A stretch of 64,000 nt of DNA, taken from the NCBI GenBank assembly GCA_934141575.1, contig CAKPCJ010000003.1, positions 1,756 to 65,755 on the forward strand, given 5' to 3'. Numbering within the stretch: position 1 is the first letter of the stretch; each line of letters starts with the position of its first letter. The notes below the pieces were generated by a model that ran no database searches, was not told the origin of the DNA, and saw nothing but the letters and a program-made list of their open reading frames with translations. A program made the position numbers and the translations under genes. Origin of the DNA: an uncultured Bacilli bacterium. Its GTDB lineage: Bacteria; Bacillota_I; Bacilli_A; RF39; UBA660. Below, piece by piece: positions 11,927 to 25,133 of the stretch.

Positions 11927-12415
<489 letters not shown>

Positions 12416-12835
12416 TTATTTTTTTGCTTTTGGTTTTTTAGCACCATATTTAGAACGTCCTTGCATACGATTTTGAACGCCTGCTGTATCAAGTGTTCCA
12501 CGAATAATGTGATAACGAACACCGATTAAGTCCTTAACACGTCCACCACGAATTAGTACGACACTGTGCTCTTGTAAGTTATGTCCAATACCTGGAATAT
12601 AACAAGTTACTTCCATACCATTACTTAAACGAACACGAGCATACTTACGTAATGCAGAGTTTGGCTTCTTTGGAGTCATTGTTCCAACACGAGTACATAC
12701 TCCACGTTTTTGTGGTGAAGTTTGATCAGTTTGTTTTCTCTTCAAACTATCAAAACCACTATTAAGTGCTGGAGCCTTTGGTTTACGGTATTTTTTACCT
12801 CTACCACTTCTAACAAGTTGGTTAATTGTAGCCAT
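12416..12835 (-). CDS. rpsL: 30S ribosomal protein S12
   Basis: 139 aa; [10 protein letters not shown] motif. Confidence 0.95.
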   Translation of the reverse strand: MATINQLVRSGRGKKYRKPKAPALNSGFDSLKRKQTDQTSPQKRGVCTRVGTMTPKKPNSALRKYARVRLSNGMEVTCYIPGIGHNLQEHSVVLIRGGRVKDLIGVRYHIIRGTLDTAGVQNRMQGRSKYGAKKPKAKK

Positions 12836-12962
12836 ATATTATACCATCCTTTCTTTGCACACAACCAGGTGTGTCAATCATCCAATAAATATAAGTTTTA
12901 GGCAAACTAAAACTTTATTTACTAACTTCTATAATATATCACTGATAAAATATAATGTCAAT

Positions 12963-12988
12963 AAAAAAAGTAAGAATTTATCTTACTT
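12963..12988 (-). terminator. rho-independent terminator separating the rpoBC-region transcript from the str operon
   Basis: Minus strand AGTAAGA-TAAAT-TCTTACT followed by T7; overlaps the stop of the 144-aa ORF. Confidence 0.45.
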
Positions 12989-13417
12989 ATCTAGACTAGA
13001 TGTATATCCATTAGTAGTATATTCACCACATCTAATATATGATTCATAATCATAGTTTATACCATCACTATTTGAAATAATACCATACCCTGTACAAACT
13101 GCCCCATTAAGTACTAATTTTTTCAAATAACCACCATCAACTAACTCATTAACAGTTACCACAATAGAATCATTTAAGTGCTTCTTCTTATATTTATCTG
13201 CTCTATATCCCTTTAATGCATCTACTACAGCCTTCTCAGCAGAAGAATAGTCAGAAACATTATTTTCACCATTCATAATGGTACCACCATTAGAATCTAT
13301 ATCAACTACTCCTCTATTATTAAGTTTAATAACATTAAACGCTATTACAAGCACAAATATAAGAAGTAAAACAGCATATCCAATATATGAAGATAAACTC
13401 CATCCTCTTTGATTCAT
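12983..13417 (-). CDS. hypothetical membrane-anchored protein (144 aa), possibly pseudopilin-like
   Basis: N-terminus MNQRGWSLSSYIGYAVLLLIFVLVIAF (basic residue then G then hydrophobic helix). C-terminal region has two Cys about 22 aa apart plus Y/G-rich beta-like sequence. No L7Ae motifs despite the ybxF-like position. Confidence 0.45.
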   Translation of the reverse strand: MNQRGWSLSSYIGYAVLLLIFVLVIAFNVIKLNNRGVVDIDSNGGTIMNGENNVSDYSSAEKAVVDALKGYRADKYKKKHLNDSIVVTVNELVDGGYLKKLVLNGAVCTGYGIISNSDGINYDYESYIRCGEYTTNGYTSSLDK

Positions 13418-13469
13418 AAAATCACCCTAAATTAAGTTTATCATGATAAAGCAAAAAGTCAATAAACTT

Positions 13470-14024
13470 TCAAATCTTGCTTAAAAAAATGTCAAAAATC
13501 TTGTACATATATTGCATCTCCTCAGGATGCCACTGCAATCCAACTATAAATTTAGTATTATCCTTATACTGTATAGCTTCTATCACACCATCCCTTGAAT
13601 ATGCTATTACCTGAAATAAATTAGACAATCTATTTATTGCTTCATAATGTTTACTATTGACAAGAGAAGATGCACCATATAAATCATATAAGAACGAATT
13701 CTTTTCAAAATAAACCATATGATTTGTTTGATTATGATTATTTACTTGCTTCAAAGAAGCATTAGAATCACCGTATAAACCCAATACCTGGCACCCAAGA
13801 CATATACCAAGTATAGGTTTATTATTTTTAACGGCGTATTCAATTACATCAAAAAACCATTTCTCAACATTTTTACCACCCTGTATAAAATAAGCATCAC
13901 AAATTGAGTAATCACTCCAAGGAAATATTCCAATAACATTAATATTCTTAAAACATCTTAAATATTTTTTATCATAAACAATAGAAGAATTATTATTTTT
14001 CCCCAATACACCTAATATTTTCAT
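13470..14024 (-). CDS. Class I glutamine amidotransferase-like / peptidase C26 (gamma-glutamyl hydrolase family) protein
   Basis: GICLGCQ nucleophile-elbow motif and QWHPE. Track ORF extends to 14084 and would overlap the rpoC stop; internal start MKILGVLG at 14024 preferred. Confidence 0.6.
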   Translation of the reverse strand: MKILGVLGKNNNSSIVYDKKYLRCFKNINVIGIFPWSDYSICDAYFIQGGKNVEKWFFDVIEYAVKNNKPILGICLGCQVLGLYGDSNASLKQVNNHNQTNHMVYFEKNSFLYDLYGASSLVNSKHYEAINRLSNLFQVIAYSRDGVIEAIQYKDNTKFIVGLQWHPEEMQYMYKIFDIFLSKI

Positions 14025-14061
14025 AAAGTCACCTATAAAAATATATGAAAAAAAGATGAAC

Positions 14062-17000
14062 TTAGTCCATAAGTTCATCTTCAAGAGCTTCTATTGGTTC
14101 CTCATCTAAAAGACCCATTTTTAACTCAAAATCTATGTCTTTATACTGCCTAGCTCCTGTACCAGCAGGTATTAACTTACCAAGAAGAACATTTTCCTTT
14201 AATCCTTCTAAGTGATCTATCTTACCCTTAATTGCAGCATCAGTTAAGATTCTAGTAGTTTCTTGGAATGATGCAGCTGATAAGAATGAATCAGTTTCAA
14301 GAGAAGCTTTAGTAATACCTAATATAACTGGTCTACCAGTAGCAGGTCGTTTTCCAGCTAAGATTACATCTTTGTTACCTTCAGTATAAGCAGCAGTTGA
14401 AACCAAAGTACCAGGTAAGAATGTAGTATCACCAGAATCAACTATTCTAACTTTACCAATCATTCTTCTAGCAATTACTTCAATATGTTTATCGCTTATA
14501 CCAACACCTTGTGAACAATATACACGTTGAACTTCTTTCAAAATATATTCTTGAACAGTAATTGGGTCAGTAACAGCAAGTAATTCTTTAGGACTAATAG
14601 CACCTTCAGTTAATTGATCACCAGCTTGAACTTCATCACCAACAGCAACACGTAATTTAGCGCCGTAATTAGTAACATGTTCTTTAACTTCAACATCGTT
14701 AGTAATATCGATTTTAAATTTACCGTTTACTTCATCAATCTTAGTAATCTTACCATTAATTTCAGCTATAGTAGCTTTACCTTTAGGATTACGAGATTCA
14801 AACAATTCTTGAACTCTTGGTAAACCTTGAGTGATATCATCTCCAGCAACACCACCAGTATGGAATGTACGCATTGTTAACTGAGTACCTGGTTCACCGA
14901 TAGATTGAGCAGCCATAATACCAACTGCTTCACCAGTTTCAACAAGATTTCCTGTTGCCAAGTTACGTCCATAACATTTTGTACATACACCGTGTTTAGT
15001 TTTACAAGTTAAAATATTTCTAATTTCAACTTCTTTAACTCCAGCCTTAACAATCTTTTCAGCTTGTGGTTCATTAATTAATACGTCTTTATCAACAATT
15101 ACTTCTTTAGTTTCTGGATGTACTACTGGTTTACTAGTATAACGTCCTAAAATTCTATCATATAATGATTCAATAACTGTTCCAGCTTTCTCATCAAAGA
15201 ATTCTCGAACAACAACACCTTGCATTGTTCCACAATCTTCTTCTTTAACAATTACATCTTGTGCAACATCAACTAAACGACGAGTCAAATATCCTGAATC
15301 TGCAGTCTTTAATGCTGTATCGGCACTACCTTTACGAGCACCATGTGTTGAAATAAAGAATTCAGACACTGTTAAACCTTCACTAAATGAAGATGTAACT
15401 GGAATTTCAACTGGTTGTCCATTTGGCTTTTGCATCAATCCACGCATACCAGCTAACTGAGTAAAGTTAGAGATATTACCACGAGCTTTAGAGTTCATCA
15501 TTATAAATATTGGATTGTCTACTTCTTTTTTAGCTATTTCTTCAAGTTCTTTTTGAATTTTATTTCTAGCCTCTGTCCAAACAGCTATTGTTCTATTGAA
15601 TCTTTCTTCTTCAGTAATCAAACCACGATCAAATTGTTTTTGAAGTTGGTTAACTAAAGCTGTGCTTTCTTCAAGAACTTGTTTTTTCTGTTTACTTGGA
15701 GATATATCGCTAACAGCTATAGATATACCAGCTATAGTAGAATACTTAAATCCTAAATCCTTTAACTTATCAAGCATTACAGAAGTTTCAGTAGTCTTAT
15801 AACGTTTAAATATTTGAGCAATAATAGATTCCAAAGTATTCTTGTTAAATGCTTTTGTTATAGGCATATTCTTAACTATCTCAGGAATATTCTCTCCATA
15901 TGAAATAAAGTACTTATCTGGAGTAATATTCTCAATATTATCATTTGTAGGTTCATTAATAAATGGGAATGAATCTGGTAATATTTCATTGAATATTAAT
16001 TTACCTGGTGTAGTTATTAAATATTTATCTTTTTGTGTATCAGTAAATAATTTATGTTTAAATGAGTTTACTGGTAAAACAATACGTGTATGTAATGTAA
16101 TTTCTTTACGATTATAAGCAAGAATTGCTTCATTAGAATTTTTAAATACTCTAGCTTCACCTGGTAATCCAGCTTTTTCCATAGTTATATAGTAATTTCC
16201 TAAAACCATATCTTGTCCTGGTGTAACTATTGGTTTACCATCAGATGGTTTCAATATATTATTAGCACCTAACATAAGAATTCTAGCTTCTGCTTGAGCT
16301 TCTTCTGAAAGTGGAACGTGTACTGCCATTTGGTCACCATCAAAGTCTGCATTAAATGCTGTACAAACTAATGGATGAAGTCTAATAGCCTTACCACTAA
16401 CCAACTTAGGTTCAAATGCTTGAATACCAAGTCTATGCAATGTAGGAGCACGGTTAAGTAATACTGGATGTTCAGTAATAACCTCTTCAACAACATCCCA
16501 TACTCTTTCATCTTGATTTTCAATTAATCTCTTAGCTGCTTTGATATTATGTGCTATATCTTTTTCTACCAATCCTTTTATAATATGTGGTTTGAATAAT
16601 TCAAGAGCCATTTCTTTTGGAATACCACATTGATACATTTTCAAATCTGGTCCAACAACGATAACACTACGCCCAGAGTAGTCAACACGTTTACCTAATA
16701 AGTTTTGACGGAAACGTCCTTGTTTACCCTTTAACATACTACTAATTGATTTAAGAGCACGGTTACCTGCACCAGTAACACTTCTACCACGTCTACCGTT
16801 ATCAAATAAAGCATCTACTGCTTCTTGAAGCATACGTTTTTCGTTTTGAACAATAATAGAAGGAGCACCTAACTCTAATAATTTCTTCAAACGATTATTT
16901 CTATTAATTACTCTTCTGTATAAATCATTTAAATCACTAGTTGCAAATCTACCACCATCTAGTTGAATCATAGGTCTTAACTCAGGTGGGATAACTGGAA

Positions 17001-17688
17001 TAACATCCATTATCATCCATTCTGGTTTATTACCAGATTTTAAGAAAGCATCTACAACGTCTAATCTCTTAATTAAACGAACTCTCTTTTGACCAACTGC
17101 AGTTTCTAATTCTGCTTTCAATTCATCTAAATCTTTTTGTAAATCTACTTCTTTTAATAATTCCTTAATAGCCTCAGCACCCATTCCAACTCTGAATGAA
17201 TCACCATATTTTTCATAATATGCACGATATTCTTTGTCAGATAATGTTTGCTTTTTCTCTAGAGGAGCAGTTCCTGGATCCAAAACTACATATGATACAA
17301 AGTAAAGTACCTCTTCTAGATCACGAGGAGACATATCTAGTACTAATCCCATACGAGATGGAACACCTTTAAAGAACCAAATATGAGAGACAGGAGTTGC
17401 AAGCTCAATGTGTCCCATTCTTTCACGTCTAACTTTAGAATGAGTAACTTCAACTCCACATCTATCACAAACTACATCTTTGTAGCGAAGTCTTTTATAT
17501 TTACCACAAGAACATTCAAAATCCTTAGTTGGACCAAATATTCTTTCACAGAATAAACCATCACGTTCTGGTTTTAATGTACGATAGTTAATTGTTTCTG
17601 GTTTCTTTACTTCACCATGTGACCACTCCCTGATCATATCAGGAGAAGCAATACCGATTTTTAAACCTTCAAATCTACTAGCATCCAT
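14062..17688 (-). CDS. rpoC: DNA-directed RNA polymerase subunit beta'
   Basis: 1208 aa; NADFDGD catalytic motif, Zn-binding Cys clusters. Confidence 0.98.
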   Translation of the reverse strand: MDASRFEGLKIGIASPDMIREWSHGEVKKPETINYRTLKPERDGLFCERIFGPTKDFECSCGKYKRLRYKDVVCDRCGVEVTHSKVRRERMGHIELATPVSHIWFFKGVPSRMGLVLDMSPRDLEEVLYFVSYVVLDPGTAPLEKKQTLSDKEYRAYYEKYGDSFRVGMGAEAIKELLKEVDLQKDLDELKAELETAVGQKRVRLIKRLDVVDAFLKSGNKPEWMIMDVIPVIPPELRPMIQLDGGRFATSDLNDLYRRVINRNNRLKKLLELGAPSIIVQNEKRMLQEAVDALFDNGRRGRSVTGAGNRALKSISSMLKGKQGRFRQNLLGKRVDYSGRSVIVVGPDLKMYQCGIPKEMALELFKPHIIKGLVEKDIAHNIKAAKRLIENQDERVWDVVEEVITEHPVLLNRAPTLHRLGIQAFEPKLVSGKAIRLHPLVCTAFNADFDGDQMAVHVPLSEEAQAEARILMLGANNILKPSDGKPIVTPGQDMVLGNYYITMEKAGLPGEARVFKNSNEAILAYNRKEITLHTRIVLPVNSFKHKLFTDTQKDKYLITTPGKLIFNEILPDSFPFINEPTNDNIENITPDKYFISYGENIPEIVKNMPITKAFNKNTLESIIAQIFKRYKTTETSVMLDKLKDLGFKYSTIAGISIAVSDISPSKQKKQVLEESTALVNQLQKQFDRGLITEEERFNRTIAVWTEARNKIQKELEEIAKKEVDNPIFIMMNSKARGNISNFTQLAGMRGLMQKPNGQPVEIPVTSSFSEGLTVSEFFISTHGARKGSADTALKTADSGYLTRRLVDVAQDVIVKEEDCGTMQGVVVREFFDEKAGTVIESLYDRILGRYTSKPVVHPETKEVIVDKDVLINEPQAEKIVKAGVKEVEIRNILTCKTKHGVCTKCYGRNLATGNLVETGEAVGIMAAQSIGEPGTQLTMRTFHTGGVAGDDITQGLPRVQELFESRNPKGKATIAEINGKITKIDEVNGKFKIDITNDVEVKEHVTNYGAKLRVAVGDEVQAGDQLTEGAISPKELLAVTDPITVQEYILKEVQRVYCSQGVGISDKHIEVIARRMIGKVRIVDSGDTTFLPGTLVSTAAYTEGNKDVILAGKRPATGRPVILGITKASLETDSFLSAASFQETTRILTDAAIKGKIDHLEGLKENVLLGKLIPAGTGARQYKDIDFELKMGLLDEEPIEALEDELMD

Positions 17689-20600
17689 TATTCTTCGCCC
17701 CCTTCAAATCCTTCATCCATATCATTTTCAAAATCCTCATCAGTTAAATCATCTAAAGAATCATCATCATCGTCAAATTCATCTTCTTCATAATTATCAT
17801 CAGGATCACTTGGCTCTGGTACATCAACTTTTTCGCTTAATTTAACTTCTATATCATCTATTGAACCTGCAGAATCCTCATTTTCTTCAAGTTCTTTAAA
17901 ATCTATACAATTATTATCTTTATCAATTAATTTAATATCTAACCCTAATGCTTGGAATTCTTTAATTAAAACTCTAAAGCTTTCAGGTATACCTGCCTCT
18001 TGTATTGGCTTACCTTTAACAATTGCTTCATATACTTTAACACGTCCAATAACATCATCTGATTTTACTGTCAAAATTTCTTGTAATGTATGAGCAGCAC
18101 CATATGCATATAATGCCCAAACTTCCATTTCTCCAAAACGTTGTCCACCAAATTGTGCTTTACCACCAAGAGGTTGTTGAGTAACTAATGAATAAGGTCC
18201 TGTACTACGAGCATGTAATTTATCATCAACCATGTGATGCAATTTCAAGAAGTACATAACGCCAACAGTTATTCTATTTTCAAATGGTTCACCAGTACGT
18301 CCATCATAAAGAACAGTTTTAGCATCATCATCTACTCCGGCATCTTTAAGGAGTTGATTAACTTCACTTACAGTAGCGCCATCAAATACTGGAGTAGCTA
18401 CCTTAATACCTAATTTTTTAGCAGCCCATCCCAAATGTAATTCCAAAATTTGTCCAATGTTCATACGAGATGGAACACCTTGTGGGTTAAGCATAATATC
18501 TACTGGTGTACCATCTGGTAAATATGGCATATCTTCGCTAGGTAATATAAGTGAAACAACACCCTTATTACCATGACGTCCAGACATCTTGTCGCCAACT
18601 TGAATCTTTCTCTTTTGAATTATATATACACGAATTACTTTAGAAACACCTGCAGGTAATTCATCATTTTCTTTTCTAGTAAACACTTTAACATCGTGAA
18701 CTATACCATCAGCTCCATGTGGAACTCTTAATGAAGTATCACGAACTTCTCTAGTTTTTTCTCCAAATATTGCATGTAACAATTTTTCTTCTGAAGTAAG
18801 CTCAACCATTCCTTTTGGAGTAACTTTACCAACAAGAATGTCTCCTTCTTTAACTTCAGTACCTATTCTAATAATACCATTAGCATCCAAATTCTTTCTA
18901 GATTCCTCTGATATATTAGGAACATCTCTAGTTATTTCTTCTGGTCCTAATTTTGTATCTCTACATTGTATTTCATAATCTTCAATATGAATTGAAGTAT
19001 ATACATCTTCTTTAACTAATCTTTCATTTAATATAACAGCATCTTCATAGTTATAACCATTAAATGTCATAAATGCTACAACCATGTTTTTACCTAATGC
19101 TAATTCACCTTTATCAGTACTTGGTCCATCAGCTAAAATTTGTCCCATCTTAACTTTGTCACCAACATGAACAATAGGTGTTTGATTATAACAAGAACCT
19201 GCATTTGATTCTTCAAAATTTCCTAAATAATATACATCTTTATCTTTAGCATTCTTAACTACTATCTTCTTAGCATCAACGTAATCAACTACACCATCAG
19301 CTTTAGCAATTACAACTACACCACTATCTTTAGCAGCTACATATTCTATACCAGTTCCAACAATTGGAGATTCAGCTTTTAATAAAGGTACAGCTTGACG
19401 TTGCATGTTTGCACCCATAAGTGCACGAGTAGCATCATCGTGATCTAGGAATGGAATACAGCTTGTAGTAACTGATACTATTTGTTGAGGTGAAACATCT
19501 ATATAATTAACTTTCATAGGATCAGCCATTATATTTTCTCCACGATAACGAGCAGCAACTTTTGAATCCAAAATCTTAGAATCTTCTCCGATATTTGCTG
19601 TTGCTTGTGAAATTATATAATCGAACTCTTCACCAGCAGTAAGATAATCTATTTCATCAGTTATTTTTCCCTCTACAACTTTATAATAAGGAGTCATAAT
19701 AAATCCATATTCATCTACTTTAGCATAATTTGCTAAGTTAGTAATCAAACCGATATTAGCGCCTTCTGGTGATTCGATTGGGCAAATACGACCATAGTGA
19801 CTAGCGTTAACGTCACGAACTTCCATACCAGCTCTATCACGAGATAATCCACCTGGTCCTAATGCAGAAAGTCTACGTTTATTTGCTAACTCTGCAATCG
19901 GGTTAGTTTGATCCATGAATTGAGACAACTGACTACTTCCAAAGAATTCTTTTATAGTAGCAGTAACCGGTCTAATGTTAATTAATGTCTTAGGAGTTAC
20001 AGTTTCAATATCTTGAGTAGTCATACGTTCACGTATAACTCTTTCCATACGAGAAATACCAATTCTAAATTGGTTTTGTAATAATTCACCAACTTGACGT
20101 AAACGACGATTAGATAAGTGATCTATTTCATCAGTGCTACCAACACCATTTAATAAATTTAAATAATATGAAATTGAAGCATATACATCTGAAATAGTAA
20201 GGCGTTTAACATCACACGTATAATCATTACCAATAATTTTAATAACTTTATCTTTCACAGTATTAGAATATACCTTAACAATTTGAACTTTATTATATGT
20301 ATCAAGTTCTTCATTAATAGTAGCTTCAACTACACCATAACCGTTTTCAAAAATAGGGCGGATATTTTCTAATATTTCTTTTGTAATCAAAGTTCCCTTA
20401 GAAACAACTGTCTTACCATCAACAATTATATCCTCAGCAAGTACTGAATTTAAAAGTCTATCACAAATATTAAGTTTTAAATTAAATTTGTAACGTCCAT
20501 ACTTAGCCAAATCGTATCTAAACTCGTCAAAAAATCTAGTGATTAATTGGTTCTTAGAACTTTCAAGAGTAGCAGGTTCACCTGGTCTCAATTTTTCATA

Positions 20601-21305
20601 TATTTCAATCAATGCTTCATGAGTGTTTGTAGTAGAATCTTTAGCAAGAGTATTAATTAAATATTCATCCTCACCAAACAATTCTAATATAGATTCATTA
20701 GAAGATAAACCAAATGCACGTAATAGAGTTGTAACTGGAACTTTTCTTGTTCTATCAATACGTACATACATAATATCTCTAGCATCTATTTCATATTCTA
20801 GCCATGTTCCACGATTTGGAATAACTTGAGAAGCAAATACACTTCTACCGTTTTTATCTATTGTTTTACTGTAATAAACGCTTGGAGATCTAACTAATTG
20901 AGAAGTTATAACTCTCTCAGCACCATTGATTATAAATGTACCCGTATCAGTCATAATAGGCAAATCGCCCAAGAAAATTTCTTGTTCTTTTACTTCACCT
21001 GTTTCATGGTTAAATAAACGAGCATCTACTTTAAGTGGTGCAGAATATGTAGTTTGTCTATCCTTGCATTCTTTAATAGTATATCTAGGTGCATCAAAAG
21101 AATAATCACCAAAATCAAGTGACATTGAACCTGAAAAACTGTCAATTGGAAATAAGTCTTCAAATACTTCTTTTATACCTACTGTAATGAATTCATCATA
21201 TGATTTTTTTTGGATTTCTAGCAAATCCTTCAATTCCAAACTTTTCATTTTTGAAAATGACAAACGTTCACTATAATCGCCAAATTTTTTTAGTTTATAA
21301 TTCAT
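17688..21305 (-). CDS. rpoB: DNA-directed RNA polymerase subunit beta, with about 70-aa acidic C-terminal extension
   Basis: 1205 aa canonical RpoB; tail ...[31 protein letters not shown]. Confidence 0.98.
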   Translation of the reverse strand: MNYKLKKFGDYSERLSFSKMKSLELKDLLEIQKKSYDEFITVGIKEVFEDLFPIDSFSGSMSLDFGDYSFDAPRYTIKECKDRQTTYSAPLKVDARLFNHETGEVKEQEIFLGDLPIMTDTGTFIINGAERVITSQLVRSPSVYYSKTIDKNGRSVFASQVIPNRGTWLEYEIDARDIMYVRIDRTRKVPVTTLLRAFGLSSNESILELFGEDEYLINTLAKDSTTNTHEALIEIYEKLRPGEPATLESSKNQLITRFFDEFRYDLAKYGRYKFNLKLNICDRLLNSVLAEDIIVDGKTVVSKGTLITKEILENIRPIFENGYGVVEATINEELDTYNKVQIVKVYSNTVKDKVIKIIGNDYTCDVKRLTISDVYASISYYLNLLNGVGSTDEIDHLSNRRLRQVGELLQNQFRIGISRMERVIRERMTTQDIETVTPKTLINIRPVTATIKEFFGSSQLSQFMDQTNPIAELANKRRLSALGPGGLSRDRAGMEVRDVNASHYGRICPIESPEGANIGLITNLANYAKVDEYGFIMTPYYKVVEGKITDEIDYLTAGEEFDYIISQATANIGEDSKILDSKVAARYRGENIMADPMKVNYIDVSPQQIVSVTTSCIPFLDHDDATRALMGANMQRQAVPLLKAESPIVGTGIEYVAAKDSGVVVIAKADGVVDYVDAKKIVVKNAKDKDVYYLGNFEESNAGSCYNQTPIVHVGDKVKMGQILADGPSTDKGELALGKNMVVAFMTFNGYNYEDAVILNERLVKEDVYTSIHIEDYEIQCRDTKLGPEEITRDVPNISEESRKNLDANGIIRIGTEVKEGDILVGKVTPKGMVELTSEEKLLHAIFGEKTREVRDTSLRVPHGADGIVHDVKVFTRKENDELPAGVSKVIRVYIIQKRKIQVGDKMSGRHGNKGVVSLILPSEDMPYLPDGTPVDIMLNPQGVPSRMNIGQILELHLGWAAKKLGIKVATPVFDGATVSEVNQLLKDAGVDDDAKTVLYDGRTGEPFENRITVGVMYFLKLHHMVDDKLHARSTGPYSLVTQQPLGGKAQFGGQRFGEMEVWALYAYGAAHTLQEILTVKSDDVIGRVKVYEAIVKGKPIQEAGIPESFRVLIKEFQALGLDIKLIDKDNNCIDFKELEENEDSAGSIDDIEVKLSEKVDVPEPSDPDDNYEEDEFDDDDDSLDDLTDEDFENDMDEGFEGGEE

Positions 21306-21510
21306 CTTTTCACCCCATTATTATATTTAAACTAGAGAAAAAGCCTCATAAAGAAAAATATTAGTTAACTAAAAAATAAGAATATAACTATAAAAATTAT
21401 ATTCATACTTTTTTAAATTACATACACTCCTTTTTTAAGGTTAATTCAATATACAGTATAACACATAAAAAATAAATATTGCAATAGTTTTTTTAACAAA
21501 TTTTTAATTT

Positions 21511-22608
21511 TTAAACATTAAATCTAAAATGACAAATGTCACCATCTTGCATAACATATTCTTTACCTTCTAATCTTGCTTTGCCATTTTCTCTAACAGC
21601 GAGTTCACTACCACACGCTATTAAATCATCATAACTCATAACCTCTGCTCTAATAAATCCTTTTTCAAAATCACTATGAATTATACCAGCGCATTCCGGA
21701 GCTTTCATACCTTTTTTGAAAGTCCAAGCTCTAACCTCATCAGCTCCAGCAGTAAAATAAGTGGCAAGTCCTAGCAAATCATAAGTTTCATTAATTACTT
21801 TATCTAGTCCACTCATTTTCAAACCTAAATCTGATAAAAATGCTAATCTATCTTCATCATCAAGTTCAGATAATTCCTCCTCAATCCTAGCAGAAATTAC
21901 TACTACTTTAGAATTTTCTTTTGCTGCATATTCTCTAATTGCTTTAACATAATCATTTTCAGAAGATATTTCATCTTCATTTACATTAGCAACATAAATA
22001 ATAGGTTTACTAGTAAGTAAATTAAAAGATTTTAAAACTGTAGACTCATCATCAGTAAATGATATATTTCTAAGACAAATATTTTTTTCTAATACTTCTA
22101 AACATTTTTTTAAAACAGATAATTCAAGCAAGGAATCTTTGTCTTTAGTAGTTAATGCCTTCTTTTCTATTTTCCCTATTCTATTATTTACTATTTCTAA
22201 ATCTGATAAAATAAGTTCAAGATTAATAATTTCAATATCTCTAATTGGATCAACCTTTCCCTCAACATGAATAATATTACCATTATCAAATGCTCTCACA
22301 ACTTCACATATTGCATCAACTTCTCTAATATGTGACAAGAATTTGTTACCAAGTCCCTCACCAACAGACGCTCCTTTAACAAGACCAGCTATATCAGTAA
22401 ATTCAACTGTTGCCCTAACTAAGCTCTTTGGATTATACATCTCATTTAGAATATCAACTCTCTTATCAGGAACCACAACCATTCCAACATTAGGTTCAAT
22501 AGTTGCAAAGGGATAATTTGCAGCTAAAACCTTATTTTTAGTAATCGCATTAAATAATGTAGATTTACCAACATTAGGTAAACCAACAATTCCAGCTTTT
22601 AAACCCAT
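21511..22608 (-). CDS. ychF: Ribosome-binding ATPase YchF (Obg-family GTPase)
   Basis: GIVGLPNVGKSTLFNA P-loop; C-terminal TGS domain; 365 aa. Confidence 0.9.
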   Translation of the reverse strand: MGLKAGIVGLPNVGKSTLFNAITKNKVLAANYPFATIEPNVGMVVVPDKRVDILNEMYNPKSLVRATVEFTDIAGLVKGASVGEGLGNKFLSHIREVDAICEVVRAFDNGNIIHVEGKVDPIRDIEIINLELILSDLEIVNNRIGKIEKKALTTKDKDSLLELSVLKKCLEVLEKNICLRNISFTDDESTVLKSFNLLTSKPIIYVANVNEDEISSENDYVKAIREYAAKENSKVVVISARIEEELSELDDEDRLAFLSDLGLKMSGLDKVINETYDLLGLATYFTAGADEVRAWTFKKGMKAPECAGIIHSDFEKGFIRAEVMSYDDLIACGSELAVRENGKARLEGKEYVMQDGDICHFRFNV

Positions 22609-22617
22609 ATAAACCTC

Positions 22618-24147
22618 CTATAAAGTTGGATAAATTCCAACACCAAGTGGTATCTTAATAACATACCAAGCTACTATAATAAATAAATAAGTAAGTAAAA
22701 ATGCAAAAGAATAAATTCCCATAACTCTAATACAACTATTAATACTAAATACCTTTTTAGTTTCCTTACTATATTTTTGCATATACGCAATAAACAATAC
22801 AAAATATGGCATAAATGGTGATAAACCATAAGTAATAGAAGTTCCAAATCTAAATACTGTTTGTACAAATTCAGGCGATATATTAGCCTTCATAAATATT
22901 GGAACTACTATTGGTGAAATAAGCAACCATTTAGTAGAATTACTACTAACAAAAATAGTACTTATCATACATAGCAATAAGAATAATAAGACTAAAGGCA
23001 ATGAAGCAAAATTAACTTTATCCAATATGTTCATAAGATTAATTACTATTATATTACCTATATTAGTTCTTCTATACAAGGAAATAAGTAATGAAGCAAA
23101 GAACATCAAAACAATAATATTACTAATATTTCCAACAGATTCAACAACTATATCTTTATTTTCTTTTCTTCTACCAGAACCAATTGAATAAAACAAGCCA
23201 GAAACACCAAAGCAAAATGAGAATAATAAAGTTATTCCTTCAGTAACATAAGAATTTGTACCAAATAACTGGTTAACATATTCTTTTTGAGTCATATCAA
23301 GTAAAATACCAGAGCCAGGAAGATTAGGTATTATAGAATAAGCAAACAATAACACCATAACTAAATTAGCAATAAGTGCAAATAAAAGTCCACGAATATC
23401 ACTTTGATAAATAACTACATCCTCATCAATTTCATCACCTTTATACTTTCCAAGTTTAGGTACTATTATCTTTTCAGTAACATAAGTGCCAACCAAAGCA
23501 ACCAATATAGTAGAAACTATCATAATTATAACAGTACACGATAATGCAATAGCATAATTTTTATCAAGCATATTTGCAGCCATTGTAGTATAGTTTATAA
23601 GTATTGAATCAATAGCACTCACAAATAAATTAATACCAAATCCACCAGTTATACCCGCATATGCAGCAACAATGCCAGCCAAAGGGCTACGTTTATTATA
23701 CATAAATACATAAGCACTTATAGGAATAAGCAAAACAAATCCCAAATCATCACTAACACTTGATAATATTCCCAAGAGCATAATAATAAATGTCAAAACT
23801 TTTCTATCGATTTTCTTAGTTATAATGGTAAGTAGTGTCCTTAAATATCCAGACTTTTCAGCTATACCAAGGCCAATAAGTGCTACTATAAGCATAGCAA
23901 GTGGAGAAAAACCAACAAAGTTATTAATTGTATTACTAACTATATATCTAAGGCTACTAACACTAAACAATGACTCAACAGCTAATGTCGTACTTTCAAC
24001 TTCCTTAGTAACAGTATTAATCTTTAAGTAATCAGCTTGTACACCAAGTAAAGATAATATAACACTAAGAGCTATAACAATTACTATTAAAATTAAAAAG
24101 AAAGAAATCGGTGAAATATATTTCTTTTTTTCAGGATTAAATCTCAT
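22618..24147 (-). CDS. AbgT-family transporter (p-aminobenzoyl-glutamate / MtrF family)
   Basis: 509 aa polytopic. N-terminal ...VESLFSVSSLRYIVSNTINNFVGFSPLAMLIVALIGLGIAEKSGY... and C-terminal ...WYVIKIPLGVGIYPTL match E. coli AbgT (...WYLVGLPIGPGIYPRLS) from memory. Confidence 0.8.
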   Translation of the reverse strand: MRFNPEKKKYISPISFFLILIVIVIALSVILSLLGVQADYLKINTVTKEVESTTLAVESLFSVSSLRYIVSNTINNFVGFSPLAMLIVALIGLGIAEKSGYLRTLLTIITKKIDRKVLTFIIMLLGILSSVSDDLGFVLLIPISAYVFMYNKRSPLAGIVAAYAGITGGFGINLFVSAIDSILINYTTMAANMLDKNYAIALSCTVIIMIVSTILVALVGTYVTEKIIVPKLGKYKGDEIDEDVVIYQSDIRGLLFALIANLVMVLLFAYSIIPNLPGSGILLDMTQKEYVNQLFGTNSYVTEGITLLFSFCFGVSGLFYSIGSGRRKENKDIVVESVGNISNIIVLMFFASLLISLYRRTNIGNIIVINLMNILDKVNFASLPLVLLFLLLCMISTIFVSSNSTKWLLISPIVVPIFMKANISPEFVQTVFRFGTSITYGLSPFMPYFVLFIAYMQKYSKETKKVFSINSCIRVMGIYSFAFLLTYLFIIVAWYVIKIPLGVGIYPTL

Positions 24148-24149
24148 AT

Positions 24150-24329
24150 CTATACCTCTACTTTCTTAAGCCTTTTTTCAAAATCAAGGCGACTAATCAT
24201 AACAATATGACCACATTCAAGACATTTAATCTTAATATCAACCCCGACCCTTAAAATTTGCCATCTAAATCCACCACAGGGATGTGCCTTTTTCATAATA
24301 ACTATTGAGCCAACAGTGTAATTACTCAT
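24150..24329 (-). CDS. DUF951-family small protein (YyzM-like), 59 aa; not in ORF track
   Basis: Manual translation: MSNYTVGSIVIMKKAHPCGGFRWQILRVGVDIKIKCLECGHIVMISRLDFEKRLKKVEV; conserved HPCG...IKC..CGH pattern; ychF-adjacent as in Bacillus. Confidence 0.6.
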   Translation of the reverse strand: MSNYTVGSIVIMKKAHPCGGFRWQILRVGVDIKIKCLECGHIVMISRLDFEKRLKKVEV

Positions 24330-25125
24330 TAATTATCACAACCTTTTGATAAGGTATTTCTATATTATTAGAATCAAAAGTTTCTTTAACTAATTTTAAC
24401 AAATATCTATTAACAATAGCAGCCTTAGAAGGTTTAGTTTGAACACTAAATCTATAAACAACTGACGAAGCGGCAAGCTCTTGAACGCCTAAAAGTTCTA
24501 TTTTGCCAATTATATCCTTATTCTTAGAAATTATATCATTTAATGAAAGTAAAACTTCCTCAACCTTATTAATATCTTGATCATAAGATATTGAAACATC
24601 AACAATAGACGTAGACTTTTCCAAACTATAATTTATAACTTCAGTAATGTTTCTATTAGATAACATTTTTATTTCGCCAGAGAATCCCTTTATCTTAGTA
24701 GTTTTTAGTCCAAGTTCAATTACTTCACCAGTAAAATCACCAATTTTAACAATATCACCAACCAAATATAAATTATCCATTATAATGAATATTCCAGCAA
24801 GCAAATCCTTAAGTACATCTTGAAATGCAAGACCAATAACAGCGCCAACAACACCAAGACCAGCAACAAATGAAGTAGTCTTTACACCATATACCTGTAA
24901 TATTGAAAGAATAGCTATTATTATAACAACATACTTAAGTATATTTGATAACAATTTTGCTATTGTTTCTTTCTTTTTATAGTTAGAATCATTTGAAGAT
25001 AAATGTTTGATATTTATTTTCATAGAAATTCTAATAAACTTCCTAACGATAAAATAAACCAGCCATGATAATAAGATTATAATTGCAACTTTGTATATAT
25101 TATTTTTAACTATAAAATCTAGCAT
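24322..25125 (-). CDS. mscS: Small-conductance mechanosensitive channel (MscS family)
   Basis: TM helices then conserved MscS beta domain (GDIVKIGDFTGEVIELGLKTTKIKGFSGEIKMLSNRNI). Confidence 0.7.
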   Translation of the reverse strand: MLDFIVKNNIYKVAIIILLSWLVYFIVRKFIRISMKINIKHLSSNDSNYKKKETIAKLLSNILKYVVIIIAILSILQVYGVKTTSFVAGLGVVGAVIGLAFQDVLKDLLAGIFIIMDNLYLVGDIVKIGDFTGEVIELGLKTTKIKGFSGEIKMLSNRNITEVINYSLEKSTSIVDVSISYDQDINKVEEVLLSLNDIISKNKDIIGKIELLGVQELAASSVVYRFSVQTKPSKAAIVNRYLLKLVKETFDSNNIEIPYQKVVIINE

Positions 25126-25133
25126 ATAAACAC

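Noticed and set aside
12983-13417. 144-aa ORF as ribosomal protein L7Ae (ybxF), given its position between rpoC and rpsL
   Set aside because: The sequence has an N-terminal TM/pilin-like helix and Cys-containing C-terminus, with none of the L7Ae K-turn-binding motifs.
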